Below, in pieces: positions 13,671-28,000 of a stretch of DNA of 64,000 nt (the stretch's first letter is position 1; every line of letters starts with the position of its first letter). Source of the stretch: Camelus dromedarius (taxonomy: Eukaryota); NCBI RefSeq assembly GCF_036321535.1, contig NC_087437.1, forward strand, positions 48,424,001-48,488,000. Reading direction: 5' to 3'. The notes under the pieces were generated by a model. It saw only the letters and a program-made list of their open reading frames with translations, was not told where the DNA came from and did no database searches. The translations under genes were made by a program, and so were the position numbers.

Positions 13671-14564
13671 ACAGTCAAAATGCTGCCTTTAAGGTCAGTG
13701 AAGTAATTATTTTCTATGAGTGTTTACGTTCCAAGATGTACTTTTAAATTCTCACTTGTCAAGATTCACTATAACTTATTGTTCTGCCCTAAAACAATGA
13801 CTTGTATTGTTAATATTATTAAATGTTTATATATTTATCATTATTGTTTCTATTGGTTGGGGCCATTTAGAGGTTGTGTCTCTCAGGAGATGGAGATTAT
13901 GTCAGCCTTAGCCATTAGTTCTCTTCTTTAGATCATGGGGCTAATTTATCATCTTGAACACACTGCTAAGCCTTGTTCCTCCTTGGTTATTATATGTGAT
14001 CATTAATCCCAATTCACAGCTCAGTTCTCTTCCTGACTGGTTGTAATGTGTGACCACCAGTAGTGACCCTAGTGTAACTGCTACTTTTACCAGGATTGTA
14101 GGATTGTACTCGTGGTTCTGTGTGTTTGGATGGAAATAAGTACCTATCTATGCTTTATAAACAAATGTAGAAGTAACAACACACCCAAATAAATTAGCAT
14201 TCCCCTGTTTTTTTTTGGTAAATACAAAAATTAGACATGCCCTATTCTATTTACTCTTCCTTTTTTGTTACAACTGTTTTGTATACTTACATTATTATAA
14301 AAACTCGTGGCCTTACACAGACCACTTCTTCCAACTAGTCACAATAATCATCATTATTATTTTGATGCTTATATTATCACAACTTTATCCTTTTAGCACT
14401 GCCACATGTCCTTTAAATAAAATAATATAAATATATAAATAAGTAAAATACCCTTGTTTTCTGGCAATGACAGTTTTTCCAGAACTATCTAAATTATCCT
14501 TGCCCTGAGACCTGGAATAAGCTATCCCAAAGAGTCTTGGTTCCTTTAAGAGGAGAGTAATATT

Positions 14565-14997
14565 TGTATCAGGTACAATCTCTGTCCCATCCTTTCCCCT
14601 TGGCTTTACCGTTTCAGTTATCACTCGCAGCTTTCCCAGAAGGTTAGCATTCTGCTTCTCCCTTCCCGAGGGCTTTTTCTGGTGGCTTGGTTTCGCTTCC
14701 TGATTGGCAGGCTGGAAGTGCCAGGGAGTTAACACCACCTGGGAGCAGCATTCAGTTCAACCAAAGACTTAGAAACGCTGAATATATAGACTTCAACTCC
14801 CTCAACCACAGTTGGGATAATTCTGTGGCTTGAATTTCTCACTGACTCCCAGAGTTCCAAGTTAACTAGCAGAGGTAACTCGCAAGATACGTATTCTCTA
14901 TCAACTTCCTTCCCTTTCCTATCCCATTTTTTGATTCCTCTCTTTGCACTGGACTCTCTGCCTCAGTGTATGCTTCTGGAGGAACCTAGGTTACACA
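14565..14997 (+). mobile_element. ERVL LTR16C-like solo LTR
   Basis: ggcaggctggaagtgccagggagttaacacc, gggataattctg, tgcttctggaggaaccta...aca; TG...CA ends. Confidence 0.8.
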
Positions 14998-16563
14998 GGA
15001 CTACTGTAATGTAATACAGTATAATGTTGCTGTAGTGACAGAGATGGAAAATACAGGTCCTTACTCACTTTTATTTTCCAGTTTAAACTTTTATGTTGCA
15101 AGTCTCCACCTTTCTTATAATATGTGGTTTCACTGACTGATAAGACTTTCTTCTATTTCAATAAAGGTTTACTAATAAATGTCTGACAATAGCAATGTGA
15201 TAATGATAGAGGTAACAGCTATGATCTGAATAGCTGAACTTTTTCAAAGAATTCATTTAAATTCAACTAGCATTTATGAGGGACTTATGTGTCAAACACT
15301 GGGCTAAGAGCTAGGAACATAAAAGTAAAAGAGCTGACATCAGTAAACAAATTAGATATTTGCCTGTCAGAAAGTTGGAGACTTAAAAAGGCCATGTTTT
15401 GACATTTATAATCCTACAAAGGTCACATTTTCACACAAGAATGGTTCTCTTGTAACAGCAAAAAAATGGCTATTTAGGAGAAAGACAATGGTGTTTTTTT
15501 TTTTCTCCTCCATACTTAGGGATACTTGTGACAAGGAATTTTCTTATCCTGCCTCAAATCTTTTAAAAATCCTATTAACCTTAGAAAAAAATTTGTTTAC
15601 ACAAGATGCTAAACTGAATTCATAATCAATAGCAACATGAGACTTCCATTAGCATTTAAAAAAATTAAATCCTGACAGAAGTGTCTTCTCTATTTGACGG
15701 TTGTGTATTTTAAAGACTGCTGAGAAGCTAGTTTTAGGTGCAGAATAGACTGAACTTCACAGTATGAAGGGCAAATGTAAATTCAACACTAGGATATTTT
15801 AAAAATATATTTGCACTGATTATTTAGTTACAAGGAGGAAAACACACATTTCTTCTACTTACTTCTAGTCAATATAGAAATACATAATCAAACATAATTC
15901 ACCAAGGAATATATTCAGAATGAAACGTCTATATAGGAGAAGTCCCTGGTTTCCCAACACTAGACTTAAACTTCTTTTCAAATTTACAATTAATTCTTCT
16001 AATTATTGGAATCTTCTGTGGTATTTATTTTTCAGAGAAACATCACTTATTATTGAAAACCTTGGTTTCTGCCTATTTTCTGTTCCCAAAACATCCTCCT
16101 CTCATCTGATTCTTTTTATGATGTCAGTACTTTGAGAAATAATATGTGCTACTAACAATTTAGAAATATCTTTTATCCCTCTCCCCCAAAATGATGCTTA
16201 AGTATGTCAGTTTAAATAAACTAACATTTGACTGATACATTTGGCAGTAGCTACAAATTCACATGCCAATGCCTGGACTGATTCTACCAGAAAATATGGT
16301 GTATCCTTGTGTTTTCATGCTGCTAGTCAGCATTAAAGAGCAGTAAGATCTTGTTTTTTCTTGTTCTCATTTTTCAAAGTGACATCCGTGGGCATGTACC
16401 TAGTGTCCTAGTAAATACATATAAGTTTGATATTATACATTCAATACAGAATGCAGAAATAGGGGAGGAGTAGGAGAGACATTTTACTATTTATCAAGAT
16501 ATGAGTACTCATGCCTCATTTTCTATATTTACATTTTTTCTCCTTGCATTAATTCTTTTTCTC

Positions 16564-18605
16564 TTAAATAGAATTTTTTTTAGAGCAGTTTTAGGTTCAC
16601 AGCAAAATTGAGTGGAAGGTACAGATATTTCCCATATACTCTCTGCCCCTACACAGGCACAGCTTCCTCTATTAACAACATCCTCCACCAGCATGGTACA
16701 TTTGTTACAACTGATAAACCTACACTGATACATCATAATCGCTGAAAGTCCACAGTTTACAGTATGCTTCACTCTTAGTATTATACATTCCATGGATTTG
16801 GAATTTATAATGCCTTTTCCAAAATGTCATATAGTTGGAATCATACAGTATGTAGCCTTTTCAGACTGGCTTCTTTCACGTAGTAATATGCATGTAAAGT
16901 TTCTCCATGTCTTTTTTATGGCTTGATGGTTCATTTCTTTATAGTAGTAAATAATATTCCATTTTCTTGATGTACCACAGTTTATCCATTTGCCTCCTGA
17001 AGGATATCTTGGTTGATTTCAAGTTCTGGCAATTATGAAGAAAGCTGCTATAAACATCTGAGTTTTTGTGAGGTTTTTGTGTGGATGCAAATTTTCAACT
17101 CTTTTGAGTAAATACCAAGGAATGCAATTGCTGAATCATATGGTAAGAGTATATTTAGTTTTGTAAGAAGCTGCCAAACTGTCTTCCCAAGAGAATACCA
17201 TTCTGCATTTCCACCAGCAAAGAAAGATAGTTCTTCTTGCTCCACATCTCTGCCAGCATACAGTGTCATCAGTGTTTCACATTTTGACCACACTCTGATA
17301 GGTATTTAGTGATATCTTGTTTTAATTTACATTTCCCTGATGACATAAGATGGGGAACATACTTTCATATTCTTATCTGTCACCTGTATATCTTGGCCCA
17401 TTTTAAAATTAGGTTGTTTGTTTTCCTATTGTTGAGTTTTAAGAGTTTTGTTTGTTTGTTTGTTTTGTTTTTTTGTATATTTTGGATAACAGTCCTTTAT
17501 CAGATATGTGTTTTGCAAATACTTTCTCCCAGTCTGTGGCTTGTCTTCTCATTCTCCTGACAGTGCCTTTTGCAGAGCAGAAATTTTTTAATTTAATGAA
17601 AACCAGTGTATCAATTGTTTCTTTCATAGATTATGCCTTTAATGTTTTAGCTGAAGTCATCATTAAACCCTAGGTTGTCTAGATCTTCTGTTATTTTCTA
17701 AGAGTTTTATAGTTCTGTGTTTTACATTTGTCTGATCCATTTTGAATTAATTTTGTAAAGAGTGTAAGGTCCATGTCTAGATTCTTCTTTTCTTTTTTTT
17801 TTTTTGCGTGTGGATGTTGAATGGTCCCCACACCATTTGTTGAAAAGACTATTGCTGCTCCATTTTACTGCCTTTGCTCCTTTGTCAAAGATCATTTAAC
17901 TATATTTATGTGGTCTGTTTCTGAGGTCTCTAGTCTGTTCAAATTATCTATTTATCTGTTTATTCACCAATACCACATTATCTTGATTACTGTAACTTTA
18001 CAGCAAGCTTGAAATCAGGTAGCGTCAGTCCTCCAACTTTTTGTTCTTCTCTTTCAATATCTCATTAACTACATTGGGTCTTCTGCCTCTCCATGTAAAC
18101 TTCAGAATCAGTTTGTCAATATCCCAAAAATATCTTGCTGGGATTTTGACTGAGATTGTGTTAAATCTACAGATCAAGTTGAGAAGAACTGACAACTTGA
18201 CAATATTGAGTCTTCCTGTCCATGAACATGAAATATCCACATTTATTTAGTTCTTTAATTTCTTTCATCAGTTCATAGTTTTCCTCATATAGATCTTATA
18301 CATATTTTTTAGACTTACACCTAAGTATTTCATTTTTGAGGTTGCTAATGTAAATGATACTGTGTTGTTAATTTCAAATTCTATTTGTTCATTGCTGGTA
18401 TATAGGAAAGCAATTTACTTTTGTATATTAACTTTGTATCCCACAACCTTGCTATAACTGCTTATTTGTTTCAATTTTTTGGCAATTCTTTCAGATTTTC
18501 TACATAGATGATGCTGTTATCTGTGAACAAAGACAGTTTTATTTCTTCCCAAACTGAATATTTTTATTTCTTTTTCTTATCTTTTTGCATTATGTAGGAA
18601 TTCCT
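16564..18605 (-). mobile_element. L1MC1/2-like 3' UTR plus ORF2 C-terminal remnant
   Basis: ttttagagcagttttaggttcacagcaaaattgag end; track ORFs 17439..17627 and 18025..18240 read as L1 ORF2 (FIKLKNFCSAK, CSWTGRLNIVK). Confidence 0.9.
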
Positions 18606-21600
18606 CATTGTTTTTTCTATCCCTTTTCCTTTCTAAAGATCAATTTGATGAGAAAACAACTGGAATTATTTAGGCTTTTGATACAAAAGAAGCAAAATCT
18701 AAAATTTAACTTTAGACATGAAAAGTTTTTTGAAGTTCTTATTGTCCAAAATTATTTCTAATATCGTATTAAATAGAAACTTAGACTGAGACATAGTTGT
18801 AGTACTAATCAGGGTAAAGAGATGAATGCCAGACATGAGTCTGTTGAATGTAACCATGAATATAGAGAGTTAGGGATAGTAAACATGTAGCATTCAGGCT
18901 GTCACTTTTCTGTCCTGAGCTCCTGTTGCTAATCAAACTCATTACTTTTACCTGCTGAGTTTAGAAAAGGTTTGCACAATGTTTCTAGCAGCACCATCCC
19001 TAAGTCAAGGTTGGCTTGAAATTATTGAATGATTGAATGATTTTTAATTATTAAAGAATGAATTTACCACCCTTGAAGTACAATATAAACAGTTTACAGG
19101 ATAAATTGCTTCTTTTTAATTTTCATGGTATACCTCAACCAGAATAAGGTGAATTTTCCCCTGGGCTCTAAAATTGAGAATGTTGCATCTGTTGCATAAA
19201 AATCTTGTGAGTTTCTTCCCTATCCTAATGATGACAAGAGAAAATAACCCCAACCCAAAATTAGTAAGAGCAATAAATCAGCTATTTAGGAAATGTATAC
19301 TCAAGGGATAAACTGCTTTTCCTAACAAACCTATGTAATGACCATAGATAATGTTATCTCAAGTCAAGTTTAAGTCTCTGGGCACTGCAGATCACTTTGA
19401 GAAGAGCTTAAATGATATTCCCATTTATTTTTCTTCTCAGGTTTCTATGGAAACATCTTTTGAGGTGGCCTTTGCAGAAAGAGAAAATTTTGTTTTATTT
19501 TTAAATAACACGATAACAAGGGCTATTAATATGCAAAGCTAACATTCTTTATAGATTCATGAACCCAGGATAAAGTGTGATTTCCTCATATGTTTGTTTC
19601 CCAAGAAAGCCAGTGTCATAGAGCCAACATATGTGCATTTGAAGAAAATTATTCCTCATTTTTCAGTTCAGGAAATATATTGTTTACTTTGTTTCACTTT
19701 TTAAGCCACTCTATTTTCATGCAATATACACATTTAAGGAATAACAAATTTCACAAATTGAAAATTTAATCAGGTTTTACTTTCAATCCTTCTTATATAT
19801 TCTTAACATGGAATCTGTCGTCAACAAATCAAAGCAAAATGCAAAACACGTACAAACATATATGGACACAGCTGTCTGTCTCAACTATAAAAATGAGATT
19901 CTCTTCTAAAGGTATAATCTGAGCACCTGAAAAGTAGGCTAATTCTCTAAAACAAAAATAGCACTTTTAGAACAAAGTGTTTATGTTCTTACAAAGTTTT
20001 ACTTAGTGTAATTTCACAATTGAATGAAGAAGTCTGTGTCTATCTTATCCATAGCATTTATATATATTTTAGATATTAATCATATCCAGCATTAGCCTGG
20101 TCTGTCCTCCCTTTTTGGTCAGTCTACAAGCAGCATGCCTCTACATTTCTAATTATTTTAGTTTTTTCTTAAGGTCTATTTACGAGACTTGTAAATAACA
20201 TCTCTGATGCAAACAGATAATTGCTTTATTCAAGAGTTAGGACAACTTCTCTTAAAAAAAGAAAAGTGGAGTGTGTGGTAAGCGACACAGAAGCATGCAT
20301 CTACATTATTATGTATAACACTAACAATGTGTAAAAATGATCAATCAAGATTAACAGAGTAATTACATTATTTAGATGCACTCAAGTAATGCTAGAGGAA
20401 CACAGACAGATGCATGGAATATGGATGCCTTTCAAGCAGGATCGGAAAGAAAGGAAAGGTTGAGTCAGGAACTGCTATTCTCAGTTTCTTAGTACTATTG
20501 TACTTTTTAGACTACGTACACATATTGTTTTGCTAACAATTAAAAAAAATAAGCTGGCAAAGTAAAAGTAGGGGAGGAAACTCATCCCATATTCTTTTGC
20601 CCATGCAGGTATGTTCAGATATGTACAACTGACTAGGGTACTCAATTCATAAATAATATAGGGTCAAATGCAAAATGAGTAATTACATTGTCCTCCTCCT
20701 TTCAGTTACTTTATATCTCTTAATTTGAATATGTTGAATAAGATAAGTTTCTCAAGAAGAAACCTTACTGTATCTTTTTCTATGCAGAAAAATATTCACT
20801 TATCCCTCCATTGGATTTTTGTCCCAAGCCATCTCTCTATAGCAAACATTTGTCACTCACCTCCCAATCCTATCATTCATGTTCCATAAATCCTTTTGCC
20901 TCTTCAGAGAACTCCAAATAAAGAGGCATAGTTTCTCCTTATGGTTACATTTATTTAAATACATTTAAAATAATCCTTGCTGTAAACCCTACTCTCTTGT
21001 TCCATGAGGCACAGCTGTCTTTCCTTCACCATTTTTAAACAGTAAGTGTGCTTTGTTGAAATGGCCAGACTTTCTCTCATTTACCTATATGACGTCATGC
21101 CTCATTGTTTTGCTCCCCTCACAGCCAAGCCTTCTCTGGCCCACTTCTATACACTGTCTCAAAGCCTCTGCACCCAGAGCCCTGACCTACAGCTCCTGTG
21201 ACAGTGTCTTCAGTCCTCTGTGAGGGCTGTGCTTCTGGATAATGTAAACTGCCACCCGTCCATTATAACCTCAAGCAGGTAGCCATAAAGAATCAAAATA
21301 AATTAACCTCAGCTGCTATGTGCTGCAGTATATTGTCCAGAAGTTGTTCCTAATTCCTTCTTTTCATAAAAATTTAAAGACAGCATGACACCAACAGAGC
21401 AAACCATTCACCTTTATCCTCACAGTTAAAAATACATGTCCCAAATGTAGGTTTAAAATTGAGAAAATGAATTTTCTTTCAACTGGAATGGTTAAAATTT
21501 TTAAGACACAATAACAAGCTCTGAAAGTTGTAGGTTTCAAACAGGAGATGAGCGGTCAAAATCACTCACAAAATAACAACTTTTATTATAGAAACATCAG

Positions 21601-21999
21601 TCTGGTCTCTTAAAATGCAATATATGAGAAGCCAAATTTAGAAAATAAATTAAGTATTGTTCTGCAATATAAAAAATTTTTCGTTATTTAAAAATCTTTA
21701 CCTCAAAATTGTTTTAGAAAATGAATTCCCCAGACATTTAAGATTTTCCTCTAGATCATTGACCACTCTAACTACTTTGATAAGAAGACAAAGAGCAGAG
21801 AATTTTAAATCTATTTTATTGTGAGGCATTGCTCAGATTTAGAAGACGTTTAGAAAACAATTCCAGCTGCCAAAATCACAAGTTATTGTATAAAGAAGAG
21901 GTCACAGATTTGTCTAAAAGCAGATAACTAGTCTCTAATCTTTTCCTCTTCTTTCCTTCTTTTTTTTTCTTTCCTTCTTTTTTTAAACTTTTTTGAGAC

Positions 22000-22212
22000 A
22001 AAATTTAAAATTTCAGGAATCACATAAAAATCTGGACTCCTGGCTTCTTCTCAGAAAAATCTGAGGACCTGGCAACTCACATTTCCACTGGCAACAGTAG
22101 CTAGAATACCCGAGTCCCAGAGGCCCCTTCGTATACCACCGCACACCAGATCCAGCCAAAGTCACTCACTTAAATTACCCGCCTCATGTTTTTAGGCATT
22201 TATTTGATACTG
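22000..22212 (+). mobile_element. MER102-like hAT-Charlie fossil
   Basis: aaatctggactcctggcttc...gacctggcaac...tggcaacag...cactcacttaaattacccgcct...taggcattt. Confidence 0.6.
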
Positions 22213-22475
22213 TGAATGCCAGTTTCCTAAATAAATGAGTTATGATACTCATTACTTAGAGTACTAGCAATGATCTTAACACTTACAGGAACAGTTACAA
22301 GAAATTCTATTTAATGTTCATTACTTTTCATCAATAAGTAGTAATTTTGTATTTAAACTGATAGTGGCAGAGTAGAGTAAAAATAAATAAATAAATTGAA
22401 CTTTTGTGTAACTCAGCTAAAAACAAACTAGCCAAGTAATATTTTCCCTGGTTTTATGACTAAATTGATCTACCG

Positions 22476-22935
22476 TATATTAGTCTCCTAGGGCTGCTTT
22501 AACAAATTTCTTGGTGTCTTAAAAGAACAAAAATTTATTCTTTCACTGTTCTGGAGACAAGAAGTCTGAATTCAAGGAGCTGGCAGGGCCACACTCCCTG
22601 GAGAACCCTTTCTGGCCACCTCCAGCTTCTGGCGGTTCCTGGCGGTTCCTGGTGTGCCTTGATTTGTGTCAGCAGAGCTCCAGTCTCTGCCTTTGTCTTC
22701 ACATGCCCTTCCCCTCACAGTGCCTGTGCTTCAGTGTCCTTTCTCTTATAAGGACATCAGTCACTGGATTTAGTCAATTCTAAATCCATATCATGTCACT
22801 TTGAGATTCTTAACTTGATTACATCTGTAAAAACCTATTTCCAAATAAAGTCACATTTATAGGTATGGGGAGATGGAGGGAAAGGGTTAGGACTTGAACA
22901 TACCTTTCTTCAGGGATACAATTCAACTCACTACA
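22476..22935 (-). mobile_element. MLT1B/C solo LTR (MaLR)
   Basis: tattagtctcctagggctgc...cttataaggacatcagtca...ttccaaataaagtcacatt...caattcaactcactaca; TSD taccg/tactg (a CpG-decay difference). Confidence 0.85.
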
Positions 22936-23238
22936 TACTGATATTTCACAGATTTAAATAAATTTTGGCTCATTTTGATTTAAATATTTAAGCTCTAGTC
23001 ATTTTCCAATTTAAATTCACATATTTAATAAAGTCAAGCTATAAATATGAAGTTTTCCTTTGGTTTCAAAACTAGGATTTCTGCTGAATTTTAATTAGTT
23101 GCATCTAATAAGCCAGTTCTGTCACAAGACAAAACTGAAATAAAGGAACTCTTACAATTTAAGCCAGTTTTTAATCAAGAGTGTTTACCACTTTTCTCTC
23201 TTTGGCCATGGTTTTCCAAGATGGGTGCATGGCCCCTG

Positions 23239-23438
23239 CAATGGATGCTGGAACAGTCTAATACAACTTTGACTTTGTGAGAACCAACTGTTAAGTATTT
23301 AGGAATTTTGAAAGCTAGTAGCAGGTTAAAACTGGCCATAATTGAAAGTGTTTACACCACAAAATTTGGTAAATGCTACAAATCAGCAGCCCTTCTTCCC
23401 AGAGATCCTCCCGTTAAACAATTACCAGCACACCACTG
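23239..23438 (+). mobile_element. MER63A-like hAT-Blackjack MITE
   Basis: Terminal inverted repeats caatggatgctgga...ttaccagcacaccactg; tttacaccac...gctacaaatcag core. Confidence 0.8.
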
Positions 23439-24454
23439 TCTGAACATTATCGAGTGATCAACAGGTGGTCTGGCAATTTCAAAAGAAAAAGTAATTATTT
23501 AGTGTTTTGCTCACCTCCATTTCATAAATATGAAATGCAAGATTAATTATTACCATCCTCAAAATATTGTTGCTTCTTAATTATCATTATCTCCTTAAAT
23601 GATGTTCAGAAGCAAGGATAGCTACAGTTAAAGAGTTGAATTAGTCTCAGCTAATGAATTTTCACATCATTTGCATAAAGCTGGCATTTTAAATTGTTAT
23701 TATATGGTTATATTGTATCTACAAAAATAAATCAGTGACTTAAAATAATTCAGAAAAGCATGAAAGTAATGACAAAAAGGGTAATGAAAAGGTTTCAGTA
23801 TGAAATATCACCATATATATGAACAGTATTCCAGTGCAAATGTGGAAATTGAATATGTGTGTGTTTTGACAGAGATTCTATGAATATAATGATTTCTTGC
23901 AAATAACAAACACAATTACATATATCTAAAGAGTAGACTGTCGGACAAGAGATCTAGCCACCTCTCTCTCTCCATGTATTGTATACTATGAGACTATGTA
24001 AAACAGTAACTAGGTAAAGAAGCTCTCTCATTTTCAAACATAGCACAGTGACCTTTCTAGTAAACCAATTACATTTTACCAGAATGAATGCATAATAATG
24101 TTTCCAGCATGAAACTGATTAACTTTGTTATCAACTTTTAACTTTGTTAATTAACTTTGTTAATCAATTTAGAGAGATGTGACCAAAACCACAGGCATCT
24201 TTCACAGTTGTACTCCTCATAGGGAAAAGGGATAAACATTCTGTTACTAGTGTGGGACACTCATTAAATTAGCTACAAAGTTAACAAATATTACATTCAC
24301 AGGGAAAGTAGAATGAGTTGTAGGTAAAATTCCTTTATCAAATAACACTATTGGATGTCATTTAATATCAATTACATACAAAGTAAAGGAGTAAAGTGCT
24401 GTGACATGCTCACTGTAAGAAAATGTAAGCTTGAGTCAGAACAGACAGTGCAAG

Positions 24455-24455
<1 letters not shown>

Positions 24456-24513
<58 letters not shown>

Positions 24514-24518
24514 TGTGT
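24456..24518. repeat. (TG)n microsatellite, about 27 perfect units
   Basis: Directly visible; explains the VCVC and HTHT ORFs. Confidence 0.98.
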
Positions 24519-25088
24519 ACACAGGAAGGAGGAGTACTGCTGGACAAATAGAGAAACAGCACCCAAATGCCAGGCCACATACTGCCTTACTCATAGAGAA
24601 CTGTTGGCAGTCACCAACTTGACTCCTCATCTTAACTCAGTATTGAAGAAAATGATTCAAATTGCAAATAATAGTCTAATTAATTCAAACTTTCATCTTA
24701 TCTGAAAGGCATTGATTTTGGGGGACTGGGACATACCAGTGATGAAATCAGACAAAATATCCTGTCTCATTTTGGTGAGGGTGTGGGTATGGGCATGGAA
24801 ACTGACAATAAACCAAATAAATAAATGAATTAGATAGTTTATATTTGACAATTTTTGTTCTGAAGAAGTGACAATTTCATGTAGTTTAACTTAATATTTT
24901 AGAAGATGATAAATACAATGGATACAAAAAAAAGGGCAGAGGGAGAGGGAATTTTAGGGTGAGGTAGGGTGAAGGAAAGGGAATTGGAAGGAGAGGAAAG
25001 GTTTTACTGGTACAACCTTCTCTATGAACTGCACAGAGAAACTGGCGGAGAACAGGACTGCTTTCCCCACTAAAGAATGCTAGATGTT

Positions 25089-28000
25089 AAGAACTAGAAT
25101 AAATAATTTTAAAATTTGTATGGAAACACAAAAGACCCCAAATAGTCAAAACAATTTTGAGAACAAAGAACAGAGCTGGAGGAATCACCTCCCTGACTTC
25201 ACACTGTACTACAAAGCTACCGTAATAGAAACAGTAATAGTCCTGCTCCCCCTCCCCCAACAGACACATAGGTCAATGGAACAGGATAGAGAGCCCAGAA
25301 ATAAACCTACACACTTATGGTCAGTTAATCTATGACAAAGGAGGCAAGAATATACAATGGAGAAAAGACAGTCTCTTCAATAAGTGGGGCTGGGAAAACT
25401 GGACAGCTACATGTAAAAGAATGAAATAAGTACATTCTCTAATACCATATACAGAAACAAACTCAAAATGGATTAAAGACCTAAATGTAAGACTGGATAC
25501 TCTAAAACTTCTAGGGGGAAATACAGTCAAAAAACTCTTTGACATAAATCACAGCAATATATTTTTGAATCCCTCTCCTAGAGTAATAGAAATAAAAACA
25601 AAAATAAACAAATGGGACATAATAACATTTAAAAGCTTTGCACAGCAAAGGAAGCCATCAACAAAATGAAAAAACAACCTACTGAATTGGAGAAAATATT
25701 TGCTAATGATATGATGGATAAGGGGTTAATATCCTACATATATAAACAACCTATACAACTTAACATCAAAAAAACAAACAACCTCATTAAAAACTGGGCA
25801 GAAGATGTGAACAGACATTTTCCCAAAGGAGACATACAGGTGGCTATCAGGCACATGAAAAGATGCTCAATACTGGTAAAGATCAGAGAAATGCAAATTA
25901 AAACCACAGTGAGATATCATTTCACACTCGTTAGAATGGCTATCATCAAAAAGACTACAAAAAATGAATGTTGGCAAGGATGTGGAGAAAAGGGAACCCT
26001 CTTATTACACTTTTCTTGGAAATGTGAATTGGTACAGCACTGTGGAAAACAATATGTAGGTTTCTCAAAAAGCTAGAAAGAGAACTACCATGTAACCCAG
26101 CAATTCCACTCCTGGGTATATATCTGAAAAAAACAAAAATACTAATTCAAAAAGATATGTGCACCTCAATGTTTATAGCAGCACTACTTACAATAGACAA
26201 GATATAGAAACAACCTAAGTGTCCATCAACAGATGAATGGATAAAGAAGATGTGGTACAAAAATAAACTCAAAATGGCTTATAGACTGAAATATAAGACA
26301 AGACACTATAAATCTCCTAGAAGAAAACATAGACAAAACATTTTCTGACATAAATCTTAGCAATGTTCTCCTAGGGCAGTCTATCCAGGCAATAGAAATA
26401 AAAGCAAAAATAAACAAATGAGACCTAATTAAACTTACCAGCTTTTGCACAGCAAAGGAAACCATAAGCAAAACAAAAAAACAACCTACAGAATGGGAGA
26501 AAATATTTGCAAATGATGAGACTCACAAGGGCTTAACTTTTAGAAAACACAAACAGCTTATACAACTTAATAATAGCAACAACAACAACAACAAAACCCA
26601 AACAACCCAATCCAAAAATGGGCAGAAGACCTAAACAAGCCCTTCTCCAATTAAAACATACAAATGGCCAATAGGCACGTGAAAAAAATGCTCATTATTG
26701 CTAATTATCAGAGAAATGCAAATCAAAACTACAATGACGTATCACAACAATCAGAATGGCCATCATTCAAAAGTTCACAAATGATAAATGCTAGAGAAGG
26801 TGTGGAGAAAAAAGAACCCTCCTACACTGTTGGTGGGAATGCAGTTTGGTGCAGTTACTATGGAAAACAGTATGGAAATTCCTCAAAAAACTAAAAAGAG
26901 ATTTACCATATGATCTAGCAATCTCACTCCTGGGCATATATCCAGAGGGAACTCTAATTTGAAAAGGTACATGCACCTCAGTGTTCATAGCAGCACTATT
27001 TACAATAGCTCAAACACAGAAGCAACCTAAATATCCACTGACAGATGACTGGATAAAGAAGCTGTGGTATATTTATACAATTGAATACTACTCAGCCATA
27101 AAAAATAAAATATTGCCATTGCAGCAACAAGGATGGACCTGGAGATCACCATTCTAAGTGAAGTAAGCCAGAAAAAGTAAGAAAAATACCATATGATATC
27201 ACTTGTATCTGGAATCTAAAAAAAAACCAAAACAAAAAACCAAACCACAAATTAACTTACAAAACAGAAACAGACTACAGACATAGAAAACAAACTTATA
27301 GTTAAGTTACCAGGGGGGAAGAGGATGGGAAGGGAAAAATTGGAAGTTCAAGATTTGCAGATACTAACTACTATATATAAAATAGGTAAGTTTTTTCTGT
27401 ATAGCACAAGGAACTATATTCAATATCTTGCAGTAACCTATAGTTAAAAAGAATATGAAAACAAATTTATGTATGTATATGTATGACTGAAACATTATGC
27501 TGTACACCAGAACTGACACATTGTAAACTGATTATAATTCAATTTAAAAAAAAAGTGGTGTGTGTGTATATATATATATATATACACTATATATATATAT
27601 ATAGTGTGTGTGTGTATATATATATACACATACACAATGAAATGCTACTCAGCCATAAAAAGGAATAAAATTTTGCCATTTGCAACAAGGATGGACTTTG
27701 ACAGTCTTATGCTTAGCGAAGTAAGTCAGACAGAAAAGGACAAATACTGTATAATATCACTTATATGTGGAATCTAAAAAATAAAACAAACTAGTGAATA
27801 TAACAAAAAGGAAACAGAGTCACAGATATAGAGAACAAACTAGTGGTTACCAGTGGGGAGAGGGAAGGGGGAATGGTCAAGATAGGAGTTGAGGTTTAAG
27901 AAGTACAAACTGTTATGTATAAAATAACTAAGCTACAAGGCTATATTGTACAACATAGGGAACATAGCCAATATTTTACAATAAATATAAATGGAGTATA

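Noticed and set aside
21412..21482. Additional open minus-strand exon candidates (this one and about 30965-31017)
   Set aside because: Phase-1 compatible but with weaker splice signals; cannot be told from chance without alignments.
24355..24705. ORFs rich in VC and HT repeats
   Set aside because: Translation of the (TG)n microsatellite.
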